Assembly (NCBI GenBank): GCA_013335095.1
Contig: JAAXWF010000002.1
Coordinates: 205,566 to 269,565, forward strand
Length of the DNA: 64,000 nucleotides
Direction: 5' to 3'
Origin: a candidate division WWE3 bacterium
GTDB lineage: Bacteria > Patescibacteriota > 4484-211 > GCA-002791395
This document shows positions 18,582 to 28,075 of the stretch, piece by piece. Within the stretch, counting starts at the first letter, position 1. Every line of letters begins with the position of its first letter. Made by a program: the position numbers and the translations under genes. The notes beneath the pieces are model-generated. The model made no database searches. It was given only the letters and a program-made list of their open reading frames with translations, and was not told where the DNA came from.

Positions 18582-19187
18582 ATGTCCCAGAGCTACGTGA
18601 CCGACGGTCAACGCGGTGTCGTAAAACCCCTGGATCTGGACCCGTATGTCCAGATGTTCATGACCATGCGGCGGATTTTGGCCAACGCCTCTGACAACGA
18701 TGCACAGCAGATCATCCGCGCACAGCTCGAGCTTCTAAGAAGCGCCGAGATTGGACGCATCGAAACGATCTTTAGCGCGTTCATGGCCCGGAACATCCTC
18801 AATACCGCAATCCCGGAAATTCTCCTTGGCATGATCAAGGGGAATACGAAGGACGCGTGGTATATAAGGGAACCAGCTCCACCGGTGCCCGATCCGCGGG
18901 AGGCGGTTGAGCCGATCGACCTGGCACCAATCGTTGAACTCCTCATGACCTTACACGCTAGAGCAGGGGGGTACAGCGAAGATGAAACTAGGGCCGAAAT
19001 CCGTGGCCAACTCACCGACACGCTACGACAGGAGCGGGAGCGAATCCAGCTTCTGATTCGGGGCTTGCAAACGGGCACGGGAGCAAACCTCCACCCACTT
19101 CAAGCACTCGAGCTTCTCCATAAAGCGCTTGAAGGAAAATCCATCGAGATATTTCTAGGCGACGGCCAGATCGGCCCGATCCTGTAA
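18582..19187 (+). CDS. hypothetical protein with two approx 45-aa internal repeats (GC-rich, approx 57%)
   Basis: Start chosen at ATG 18582 (RBS GGGAGGGATT) rather than the ORF-track TTG at 18537, which would lie at or before the predicted TSS. Repeats LDLDPYVQMFMTMRRIL...DAQQIIRAQL and IDLAPIVELLMTLHAR...ETRAEIRGQL. Confidence 0.4.
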   Translation: MSQSYVTDGQRGVVKPLDLDPYVQMFMTMRRILANASDNDAQQIIRAQLELLRSAEIGRIETIFSAFMARNILNTAIPEILLGMIKGNTKDAWYIREPAPPVPDPREAVEPIDLAPIVELLMTLHARAGGYSEDETRAEIRGQLTDTLRQERERIQLLIRGLQTGTGANLHPLQALELLHKALEGKSIEIFLGDGQIGPIL

Positions 19188-19238
19188 CCAAAGCCAACAA
19201 AACAAACGGTGTCCACTCATCATGGGTGGGCACCAACT

Positions 19239-21362
19239 TTATCCTGATTGCCGATATTGATGTATCAACAACCCAAGATCATAAATATTCACCATACCGT
19301 CATTGTTAATATCACATCTTCTGGTTAATTCATCCGAACTACTTGTAATGGTTTGTCCATAATGCGACGCTAAAATACCAAGATCAAAAAGATCAACATG
19401 TCCATCCAAATTAATATCACCGACATTATCAACTTTTGTTAATGTTACATTATCAATCCAGAATTCATCCGCACTCGTAGCACTAATTCGAAGCCGGGCA
19501 TCGCTTACCGGTGAATCAAAACCAGACGTAACAAATTCAGTCTCAAAGTGTTGCCACTGTGAAGTCAAATCAGACGGATATTCATTTAACCCATACAACG
19601 TAAACGGACTAACATGCTTTTGCACCGTCATGGTTAAATTACTACCAGCAACAGAACGCCCATCAAATGAAAGAGAATACCGTTGAGCGGGGGATAGTGG
19701 AATGTCGTACTGATACAGTTGAGTATTAGTACCAGCATTAGTAACCGCAATCTGTAATGCATTGGTCGTATCTGAACTCCCTGAATGAATCGAAGCGGTT
19801 CCAGTTCCATTTGTATAAAAAGTCCATGGAGTAATACCTGTTTCAAACGTACTGTTTTTAAGAACATTACCCGAAATAACCGGAGTACTAGTTGGAGAAA
19901 TTGTTACAGTCGGAGTAGGAGTTCGTGTAACGGTTGGCGTAACGGAAGGAATAGGCGTTACCGATATCGAGACGGGTACATCAATTACCTTAACTTCAAA
20001 GCGCGACAAATTGACGGTCTGATTATTTACATACACCGTTACCGGATAATCAACATTATTTGCCAACAAGGTTTTTGACGGAGAGGATATCGCCGAAACT
20101 AAAGTATTAGACCGCGTGGTTTTAAGGAGAGATGTGCCTGTACTAAAATAGTCATGGAACGCCTTAAATACGGCATAATGAGGATACGCCACCCCTCCAC
20201 CAGTTGACGTGATTTGAGAAAACAGACTGTGCGGTATTGTAAGGCCCGCATCGCCCTGAGGCTCCCACAACAGCATTCCTTCACAATTATTTAGCGCCGC
20301 ATTGATATACTCACCTGCGTAATGAGCGGCTGTATATTGGGTGTCGGATCGTGAGGACGCCGCGTAATATTCTGCCCACCAAATTGGAAGTCCACCGGTA
20401 GCATCAGAAATACGTTTAGAAATCTCTCCAATAACATGAGTTTTCTGATTATATTCAAGTAAACTACTGCCTTTATTCACAATGGTATAGCCGAAAGAAA
20501 AATCGAGTGCAACGAAATCAGCACCATGTTTATGCTGATTCCAATAATTTATGACAGTCCAGTTTTTAGGCGTGATTGGATCAGCCGACTGAGCAGGATA
20601 TGCCGGGTTACCTTGAACAATCAAATAGGGGCCACCAATTTTAGCATTTGGCCGAACTGATTTTATTGCATCGTATACCAAGTTGTACATCTCGGTATAT
20701 CCGACATAATCCCAATTACTTTCGGTATTATTCCAAAATCCTTTTAGTTCATTCCACACCTGAAAATAGGTTACATCTGGATACCTCAGTGCCACTTGCT
20801 TAGCTAGCTCAGCGTAATCAGCATAATTACCCGGAAGCGGTGCTTTCTCTAATAGCGTCCAATCAGTATTACCAGAAATTCCCCCTTTCATCCAGTCCGG
20901 CGCACAGCATAAGGTGATAGTAGGGATCCCGAGCTCGCGCGCCAAACTCATTCGTTTGTCTAAACTAGACCAATCATACACACCTTTAGAAGGTTCAGGA
21001 TTAAGCGTTCCCCACCCCATAATATGAACATTTTGAAATGTAGAGCCTTGTTTAATTAAGCTTTTCGCATTTGCTAGCGCCGATGGATTGGGGTTCGATA
21101 CGGTGTCGATTGCGGCATGAGTATGAGTGACACCCATAATAAGTTTACTGACGGCAGCGACTTGATTTGAAACAGTAACCGTAACTTCAGACGCCGCGGC
21201 GGGATGAAGTTTCGGAAATAATACCGAAAGTGAAGTTGCCGAAAATGATCCAAAAGTATTGGCCGAAACAATTAGTAATGCAAGGAATACTAAAAAAGAA
21301 ACACCACTGAATATCAATTCAGATTGAGTCAATGCTGATTTAGCAGTTTTATGTTTCATCAC
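19239..21362 (-). CDS. secreted clan GH-A glycoside hydrolase with CBM4_9-like module and C-terminal dockerin repeats
   Basis: Signal peptide. Catalytic region with FQVWNELKG (NE[P/L] acid/base motif of clan GH-A). PT linker. LKNSTFETGITPWTF... resembles CBM_4_9. C-terminal DINLDGHVDLFDLGILASHYG and DINNDGMVNIYDLGLLIHQY are dockerin repeats. Confidence 0.6.
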   Translation of the reverse strand: MMKHKTAKSALTQSELIFSGVSFLVFLALLIVSANTFGSFSATSLSVLFPKLHPAAASEVTVTVSNQVAAVSKLIMGVTHTHAAIDTVSNPNPSALANAKSLIKQGSTFQNVHIMGWGTLNPEPSKGVYDWSSLDKRMSLARELGIPTITLCCAPDWMKGGISGNTDWTLLEKAPLPGNYADYAELAKQVALRYPDVTYFQVWNELKGFWNNTESNWDYVGYTEMYNLVYDAIKSVRPNAKIGGPYLIVQGNPAYPAQSADPITPKNWTVINYWNQHKHGADFVALDFSFGYTIVNKGSSLLEYNQKTHVIGEISKRISDATGGLPIWWAEYYAASSRSDTQYTAAHYAGEYINAALNNCEGMLLWEPQGDAGLTIPHSLFSQITSTGGGVAYPHYAVFKAFHDYFSTGTSLLKTTRSNTLVSAISSPSKTLLANNVDYPVTVYVNNQTVNLSRFEVKVIDVPVSISVTPIPSVTPTVTRTPTPTVTISPTSTPVISGNVLKNSTFETGITPWTFYTNGTGTASIHSGSSDTTNALQIAVTNAGTNTQLYQYDIPLSPAQRYSLSFDGRSVAGSNLTMTVQKHVSPFTLYGLNEYPSDLTSQWQHFETEFVTSGFDSPVSDARLRISATSADEFWIDNVTLTKVDNVGDINLDGHVDLFDLGILASHYGQTITSSSDELTRRCDINNDGMVNIYDLGLLIHQYRQSG

Positions 21363-22301
21363 TTAATTTGATACATTATACGAAATACCATTCAAACGAT
21401 TTATGAGTGTTTGCATTTCGGGAGTCGTTGTTTCGAAAAATGTTTTTATTGTTTCATTATTCAACAAAGCAAGCCGATTATATGGAATAGCCATCGCACC
21501 ATACTCCGAATCATAGGTTGTGTATTTTGCGAGCATCTCAGCGTATAACCCATTATTACTTTTAGGCGTACCATCGATCTCAAGGTTTACATAAAACGTA
21601 TCACCCTGAGGAGAAACAAAAACTTTTTGCCCCCGAAGTCGAATCGTTAATCCATCCGGCAAAATTGGGCCACCTTCCTCGACCGGATAATACATACTTA
21701 TTTGAATCGAATCGCGATTATAAATCGTATCACCGTATAAATGAAGCAATGGAGCGCCACCGTGTCCAAGTTCCTGCGAATCATCGTCATACAAAACGAC
21801 CCTATTCCCAAAAAGATCATTTGAATCAGACTTTAATTGAACAACAACAAAACGATCTTTTTCTGATTCTGCACTTGCACTAATACAATCAAGGGTTGAT
21901 TTACTTTCTGGTGATACCGGCAGAATATTTTCATCAATCGTAATCGGTAGACGATTATACGAGATCGTTCTATTTTCGACGCCAAATGTTTGTGAGGTCT
22001 GATCTAAGGTCGGCCGACATTCAGCATCCAAATAATCTTGTAACGCCGAGACAATGTGAACAGATTCAGTCGGAGTCGGCGAAACAGTTGATTCAGTAAA
22101 GGTATTCGCGGGAGTGGTGATTAGGGATTCATTTTTATCATTAACCGGAGTAATTGAAGCCGTCAAAGTGGGCGAGACGGCAGTGAACGATACAAAGGAT
22201 TTCGGTGCTCGAGATTGGGTTACATATAAAACGAGTACGATAACAGCGATGATAAAAACACCTACAAGAACCTCGATCAAAGTAAACCCACGTTTATGCA
22301 T
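21363..22301 (-). CDS. type IV pilin-like protein (canonical prepilin N-terminus)
   Basis: Internal Met gives MHKRGFTLIEVLVGVFIIAVIVLVLYV, a textbook prepilin signal (GFTLIE). The ORF-track 5' extension to 22472 is probably not translated. Confidence 0.55.
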   Translation of the reverse strand: MHKRGFTLIEVLVGVFIIAVIVLVLYVTQSRAPKSFVSFTAVSPTLTASITPVNDKNESLITTPANTFTESTVSPTPTESVHIVSALQDYLDAECRPTLDQTSQTFGVENRTISYNRLPITIDENILPVSPESKSTLDCISASAESEKDRFVVVQLKSDSNDLFGNRVVLYDDDSQELGHGGAPLLHLYGDTIYNRDSIQISMYYPVEEGGPILPDGLTIRLRGQKVFVSPQGDTFYVNLEIDGTPKSNNGLYAEMLAKYTTYDSEYGAMAIPYNRLALLNNETIKTFFETTTPEMQTLINRLNGISYNVSN

Positions 22302-22422
22302 AGTCTTAAGGTAAATAGATAAACTCGCTCTGTCAAGGAATGATTCGTTGACGGCTAAAGCCCTATAGTATATACTTAATCCGCAACAATCGCTGGGCAT
22401 GTAAAGGAAGGAGCGCATCTTT

Positions 22423-23136
22423 ATGCGTATCGGATCGCACAAGGTCACAGTGGGCGAACTCGCAGTCAGCACGGCGGTATTTCTGCTCCTGGCGAATCTG
22501 GTGGTTGGTTTTCTTAGCTGGAGGACCCAGTCTGAGATTCTCCAGCAAAACGTACGCCTCCAAGCGTATCAGAATAATCAATCGTTGATCCTACGGCAGG
22601 TGAACCAACGCCAAACGGCTCTACTGGAGATGCCGCATCAGCCCGAAGGCTGGACGCCAATTGGCAACCTGGAGCCACGCGCCAATATCAGCGTCGAGTC
22701 ACTCAAGGGATACACCTTCGGAACGACCTTCTATACCGGGCGCACGCTCACACCTGGCGAGGTGTCGTGGCTCATTACCGAGGGCCCCCAAAACGGGGTT
22801 CAGCTCATGACGGGCGCCATCGGCTTTATCGGGGGGAGCTCGTCGACCCATGGTCTGTTCGAAGTTACCCAGAATGGAAGTCTGTCTTGGCATGATAGCA
22901 AAGGGGCGATAACGCCCCTGGCAATAACATTGCCGCTTGGACAGGAGATCTTTGTCACAACCAACGGGGTTGTTGCCGGGATGGAGTTTTCCGAAGTGCA
23001 GCGGATGGTTCTGTACATTGATCCGCACTACCATCAGCTATCGGCCGCGTACATTCCGGTTCCAAAGAATCAGCCGAGACCTGGTATCACATCCAGGCCA
23101 ATAATCTATATTAAGGACTCGGCTCTCGGCGAGTAG
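22423..23136 (+). CDS. membrane-anchored hypothetical protein (GC-rich, approx 55%)
   Basis: Single N-terminal TM (LAVSTAVFLLLANLVVGFL). No recognisable domain. Followed by a GGCGGTGG-GCTTTTGT-CCACCGC hairpin terminator at approx 23168-23190. Confidence 0.4.
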   Translation: MRIGSHKVTVGELAVSTAVFLLLANLVVGFLSWRTQSEILQQNVRLQAYQNNQSLILRQVNQRQTALLEMPHQPEGWTPIGNLEPRANISVESLKGYTFGTTFYTGRTLTPGEVSWLITEGPQNGVQLMTGAIGFIGGSSSTHGLFEVTQNGSLSWHDSKGAITPLAITLPLGQEIFVTTNGVVAGMEFSEVQRMVLYIDPHYHQLSAAYIPVPKNQPRPGITSRPIIYIKDSALGE

Positions 23137-23362
23137 AATCACACGAGGGGACGGTTTTCGTCGAATTGGCGGTGGGCTTTTGTCCACCGCTTTTACCAAT
23201 TTATTACATTGTTTTCAAATATTTCTTTTTTTCAACGACGAAACTTAGACCTATGACGGTGAGGGACAGCCTGTCATTCGTTGAGTTTTAACTCTCCAAT
23301 ACTGTCACGCATAATCATTTTTCCCATTGACTTTTATATATAATCAAAGATATAAGTAAATA

Positions 23363-24076
23363 ATGGAATCACGTAATGGATTTGGACTAGTCGAAATAAT
23401 TATATTGGTAACCTTACTGACAGCTATCGGAGTAGGTGTATGGGCATATGTTTTGTCTGGTGCAAAATCAAAAGATGGAAATGATGTTTCTTTGACTCCG
23501 ACTCAGGTGGTTACCATCTCTCCATCAATCACACCAAAACCAACCGTTTTTCCAACAATTACACCAATACCTACAATTGATAATTCCGTTTATGAAGGAT
23601 GGAACGAATATAAAAATGATGAGCTGGGGATTTCGTTTAGATATTTAAATAATTGGTATATACCTCAAGATGAATCTATGGTGAAAGGTCAATACAATTA
23701 TTACTTAGACGATGAAGTTAGAAATAATTTTCTAGGGGGACTAGAACTTGATGGTGGTAAAGACAAAACGGACTTAGTCAGACGTCCGTTACTTTTACTC
23801 AGTGTTTTTAATAATGTAGAAGGACTTTCGGTAAAAGCATGGCTCGAAAAGCACGATATTAATACAAAGAAAAATCCTGATGAGATACCAGTAACGTTAT
23901 ACCCACGGCTAATAGCTGGACGGCAAGTTTACTTTAATGGCACAGAGGAACTTTACTTTGAAAATAACGGAAAAATTTATGGAATTGGTATGGGATATAC
24001 TACGTACGCTATTTATCCCGAAGATGGATTTCAGGAAATTTTTGATAAGTTACTTGATTCTGTCGAACTTTATTAA
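23363..24076 (+). CDS. prepilin-type N-terminus protein (pseudopilin-like)
   Basis: MESRNGFGLVEIIILVTLLTAIGVGVWAYVL is a G|F..E prepilin motif. Followed by a PT linker and globular domain. Confidence 0.5.
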   Translation: MESRNGFGLVEIIILVTLLTAIGVGVWAYVLSGAKSKDGNDVSLTPTQVVTISPSITPKPTVFPTITPIPTIDNSVYEGWNEYKNDELGISFRYLNNWYIPQDESMVKGQYNYYLDDEVRNNFLGGLELDGGKDKTDLVRRPLLLLSVFNNVEGLSVKAWLEKHDINTKKNPDEIPVTLYPRLIAGRQVYFNGTEELYFENNGKIYGIGMGYTTYAIYPEDGFQEIFDKLLDSVELY

Positions 24077-24155
24077 GCGTATTTTCCTACTTGACTCGAC
24101 TTATATATAGTAATATATTACATATGTACCTTTAGTTTCTATTAAGGAGGTTCGT

Positions 24156-25643
24156 ATGGGTTTCCGTAATCGGATTGGGTTACTGGCGTTTGGTCTCATT
24201 GCAACGGTGGCAGTGATGATCTCTATGAATGCAGGGTCTCTTTTTGCCCAAACCTGCCAATGCGCCGATTGGGCAAAAGAGAAGCGGCCGGACATCTATA
24301 GTAAGATTGCAGGGGCTGGATGCGCCGTTAATTGGCCCAATAAGATGAGAGCGAATGGGTATCCCCAACAGGTTGGAACCATTCCAATGAAAGGCTCTCT
24401 TGTTGTATTCAGCCAAGGAGCACATGATGCGGATTTTAGTTGTGGTCATGTCGCCTACGTCGAGAATGTAAACTCAGATGGCACATTCGCTATATCTGAG
24501 AAGGGTAGGCCGGCCGGATCATGCATTGTTAAATACGATCGCACGAAGCTAGATGTTAGAACGGGAGTGGAGTTTCTTTATGGAACAAACGAAACTCCGA
24601 TTCCACGCCTAGAACTTACGGGTGATGTGACGATGAGTGCGTACACGGTGACGGGAGGTCAGTCGGTGAGTTTTTCGGTTCCGGTGAAAAACTGGGGCGG
24701 GAATCTGACCATGGCTGATTCGTATCTGGATGTCACCACGTCAAACGGAAGCATTTGGAAGGCGACTGGGGTGAACCAAAACATCGCTGCCAACGGTACG
24801 ACAACACTCACGTTTTCGGGTCAGCTCTGGCAAACGCCGGGTGGCACATGGACGGTTCATGAGGTATCGTACAAAGACAGCGGAGGAGTCTGGCGCCAGG
24901 TGGGTCGGGGAGACAACCGGATTTTAGCTCGGTCGTTTACCGTCATACCACCCGATACACAGCCACCCACGGATGTCTTCATCCTTGAGCCGGCAAACGG
25001 TAGCACGCTGGGATTGGGAACCCATGGGGTGCGGATATCAGCCAAAGATACAGTAGGGGTAACGACCGTCACGCTGTATCTGTACACTCAACCAAGCATG
25101 GGGGCTTCGTTTCAGATGAATTCACTTCCTGTGCCTCTCCAATCTGGAACAGTGCAGGATGGTATCTGGCGAACCGAGATTGATCCTGGCCAATATGGTG
25201 CTGGGAGTTATTCGATCTTTAAATATCAGGTAATTGCCAAGGATGCGGCTGGTAACTCAACCACCTCTGGGTTACAACAGTACACGCTGGATCGTCGAGA
25301 CCTGCCACCATCGGTGGTAACAATTAATGAACCAGCATCAGGAGTAACCATTATCGGTGAACCACACGCGGTGATGATCCATGCGGTGGATGCGCAGGCG
25401 GTATCGTACGTAACCTTGTACGTATACTATCCTGAAACAACCGGTGGTAGTGACGTGATGCATGTATACAACGTACCTTTCCATCACGGAACTGCTCAAG
25501 ACGGATACTGGCGGATGGAACACTATCCGTTTAGTAATCATGCCGTGCCCACAACCAACATGAAGTTTCAGGCACGTGCATGTGATAGCGCCAATCAGTG
25601 TAGTTTTTCTGGACTCAGTTCAGGGATTACGCTGCAACGGTAG
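24156..25643 (+). CDS. secreted CHAP-domain peptidoglycan hydrolase with two tandem approx 110-aa beta-sandwich repeats
   Basis: Signal peptide. CHAP signature (QTCQCADWAKEKRPDIY ... FSCGHVAYVENVNSDGTFAISEKG) with Cys/His catalytic pair. Repeats PPTDVFILEPANGSTLG...YTLDRR and PPSVVTINEPASGVTII...ITLQR. Confidence 0.65.
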   Translation: MGFRNRIGLLAFGLIATVAVMISMNAGSLFAQTCQCADWAKEKRPDIYSKIAGAGCAVNWPNKMRANGYPQQVGTIPMKGSLVVFSQGAHDADFSCGHVAYVENVNSDGTFAISEKGRPAGSCIVKYDRTKLDVRTGVEFLYGTNETPIPRLELTGDVTMSAYTVTGGQSVSFSVPVKNWGGNLTMADSYLDVTTSNGSIWKATGVNQNIAANGTTTLTFSGQLWQTPGGTWTVHEVSYKDSGGVWRQVGRGDNRILARSFTVIPPDTQPPTDVFILEPANGSTLGLGTHGVRISAKDTVGVTTVTLYLYTQPSMGASFQMNSLPVPLQSGTVQDGIWRTEIDPGQYGAGSYSIFKYQVIAKDAAGNSTTSGLQQYTLDRRDLPPSVVTINEPASGVTIIGEPHAVMIHAVDAQAVSYVTLYVYYPETTGGSDVMHVYNVPFHHGTAQDGYWRMEHYPFSNHAVPTTNMKFQARACDSANQCSFSGLSSGITLQR

Positions 25644-25767
25644 GTAACAGTGTCTGGGAGGTACATCGTATGATGTGCCCCCCGACACGCTTCTTTCTTA
25701 ATCGCCCGACGGGACTGATCCTCCTGTTGGGCTCTATTTATTGTACCAAAATAGCGCACGTTTTCGC

Positions 25768-26379
25768 TTAAAAAAGGCCAATCTGTTTGGCTTGGGGTTG
25801 CAGATCGGCGGGGTAGGAAAAATCTAGGTCGAGAGTACGTTGAGTATTCCACTTGTCGGTATATTTAACGTGCTTATGTGACATCACGTAATCATACAGA
25901 TCACGCGTTAATGCAACATCCATCTCACAGTACTTTTGTAATTTTTCTAAACTTTCGGGTGTATGTTCGCGCCAATATACAACGGCATTACTACCGACAT
26001 CGCTCTTAGCACTTCCAAGGGTATCGGTCACCAATGAATTCAAGCTGATACGATGTCCGGCTTTTTCTTTAAATTTGTCCATGATGTCAAAGTGAGGTAG
26101 GGCACTTAAGTTAAAAAAGGCATACGGTTGTAAAACAACCGCGTCAAAATATTTTGAATTAAATCCGATGACCCGATCCGCTCGCTGAAAAATCGGCCAC
26201 ATCGGTGAAAAATCATTTTCCCAAAAACTCTCCATCTTCCCTTCGATCTCACGGCCATTTTCATCGACAGTACGAGAATATACGCAGACAATTGAAACTC
26301 CTAAATCTTGAATTTTATTAGGATCAATATCGGCAAACAATCTTTGTGTTTCGATATCAAAAAAGACTTCGTGTTTCAT
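25768..26379 (-). CDS. DEDDy-type 3'-5' exonuclease-like protein (DnaQ/RNase H-like fold)
   Basis: FFDIETQ (Exo I, DxE) ... FNSKYFD (Exo II-like) ... YCEMDVALTRDLYDY (Exo III YxxxD). Confidence 0.5.
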   Translation of the reverse strand: MKHEVFFDIETQRLFADIDPNKIQDLGVSIVCVYSRTVDENGREIEGKMESFWENDFSPMWPIFQRADRVIGFNSKYFDAVVLQPYAFFNLSALPHFDIMDKFKEKAGHRISLNSLVTDTLGSAKSDVGSNAVVYWREHTPESLEKLQKYCEMDVALTRDLYDYVMSHKHVKYTDKWNTQRTLDLDFSYPADLQPQAKQIGLF

Positions 26380-26465
26380 AAAGAAATTATTATAACGTGA
26401 ATATAAAGACTAAACAAAAATGGGCACACCTCTCAGTGTGCCCGGTAATTTTACCAACCTTACAA

Positions 26466-27269
26466 CTACAACTCAAACAGCATCCGCTGTCGATTGGGAT
26501 ACTCGGGGTCAAGGCCAGCGTAGTAAAACCCGAGCTGAATATCTGGGTTGTACATGACTGGCAGGACCATAATCCCGAGCGACTGTGCAGCCTCTATAAA
26601 CGCGGTCTCAACGTGTGGCTCGCAGCAAAACTGCACCGCCACCAGGCGTTCACCCGGCTGAATCCAATTGCTTAGCTGACTGGTAATCCCATCCCTTAGA
26701 CTCCGATATGCCGAAGAATTGTCCCGGGCAGAGCCATCCACCACTTTGATATAAAGATCGGTGTAATCACCTTCGGCATCGTGACGTAGATGGGGATCGG
26801 CCGAATACGCCGCGTTGACCATCATCCGCCGAGGCAAGGCAGGGATAAGACCGACACCATCTCGAATATGGATAGTTGATGCAAGCTGCATCTCTATCAT
26901 CCGAGAAAGCACCCGGACAGCTTCATTAACATCGGTGGTGAGATCAACAACCTGCTCACCGATTAAGAAGTACCTCGCAGAAAGCCAAGGCAGTTCTTCC
27001 CCGACGATACTGTTGATTGCCGACCTCATTCGATCACCGAAATCGGCCGAGACCGACTCAGTGAAAGCAAGGGAGGTAATAACGCCATCGTGCCTGGCCA
27101 GCTCCATCTGGAATGCTGGGAAATCAGACAATCGTGACAGCCGAAAGACCACTCCATATGCATCATTGAAGAGGCCAAGGCGAGTAGCCCCAGCTTCAAC
27201 AAAGTGAGCATCGACAAAGCCCCAATTTAGAGGCTTCCGCAGAGAACACATAGCCTGGATGATAACCAT
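26466..27269 (-). CDS. hypothetical protein (GC-rich, approx 56%)
   Basis: Long ORF. The opposite-strand ORF is R/S-rich. No recognisable domain. Confidence 0.35.
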   Translation of the reverse strand: MVIIQAMCSLRKPLNWGFVDAHFVEAGATRLGLFNDAYGVVFRLSRLSDFPAFQMELARHDGVITSLAFTESVSADFGDRMRSAINSIVGEELPWLSARYFLIGEQVVDLTTDVNEAVRVLSRMIEMQLASTIHIRDGVGLIPALPRRMMVNAAYSADPHLRHDAEGDYTDLYIKVVDGSARDNSSAYRSLRDGITSQLSNWIQPGERLVAVQFCCEPHVETAFIEAAQSLGIMVLPVMYNPDIQLGFYYAGLDPEYPNRQRMLFEL

Positions 27270-27487
27270 CGTTCCTCCTTATGAGGTGTGCATATACACG
27301 CCTCATTCCGCTAATAACGATACAAACATTATACAATTATAGGTCTACACCTGTAAGCTATTACAAAAAATGACTAGGTGGCGATAAGACCGAAGAAGGG
27401 AATATGTTCATACTATAAGTACAGTTATAGAAAAAAACACGACAGGGTTGAGATAAATCGAATTGAAGGTAAAGTTCTTCTAAAAAG

Positions 27488-27575
27488 AAAGTGCCGGGCC
27501 CCACAGTCTCTTTCCTTTTCAGGTAGAGTAAAGTGGGTCCCGGCATTGGGTGTTTCTTTTTATGTTTTGTTAGGT
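27488..27575 (+). ncRNA. candidate structured RNA element / long-loop hairpin with U-tract (within an 806-bp hairpin-dense intergenic region)
   Basis: GTGCCGGGCCCCAC ... GTGGGTCCCGGCAT form a 13/14-bp stem with a 28-nt loop followed by TTTCTTTTTATGTTTTG. See the finding for the whole region. Strand uncertain. Confidence 0.25.
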
Positions 27576-28075
27576 GTTTTTGTGATACGTTGTATCACCG
27601 ATTTGGATTTTAAAAGAGGGTCATGGTGATACCATGATTACTCTGATAAACAGAGTGACTCTTTTTTTCCGAATACGGTGTGCTTTTTATGAGGGAGTAT
27701 CGTCGTAACGATACCAGATCGCGCTCCTCATAAGAGCAGTATCAAAAAGCGTAGGCGCAACCCGTAAACAATTAATGAGATTCTGAGAGGTCAGAATCAA
27801 ACGTCTTGTTTGGGGTGTTAGCCTGACTAACAAAATAAGAATGTGCGAATTGAGTGATAAATCACTCAGTGTATTGTTTTAGAGTAGGTGTTCTACTTCG
27901 AATTGTCTTCGTAGTAGAGCCCTGTGCTACTAAAACGTTACTTTATATCACAAGAATAAATATGTGTCAACAAGTAATTTTTGAAATACCTTCACCAAAA
28001 GAATGATTCATTGTCACATCAGCATATTCGTACTGAAGAGTTGACATTTTCAATATTTCACCGACAATAAAGAAC

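Noticed and set aside
21363-22472. Full-length ORF-track call (369 aa) for the pilin-like gene
   Set aside because: The canonical prepilin signal begins at internal Met (22301). The upstream 57 codons lack an RBS and run into the divergent promoter region.
27488-27550. GAAAGUGCCGGGCCCCACAG resembles the RNase P RNA P4 5' strand (GGAAAGUCCGGGCUCCAUAG), and a complementary CCCGGC segment occurs downstream
   Set aside because: The two halves are only 28 nt apart and form a simple hairpin. RNase P RNA needs about 250 nt between the P4 strands, and the other universal elements are absent.
27378-27629. 83-aa + strand ORF in the long intergenic region
   Set aside because: Lys/Arg-rich, no RBS, and spans several RNA hairpins. 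More likely non-coding.
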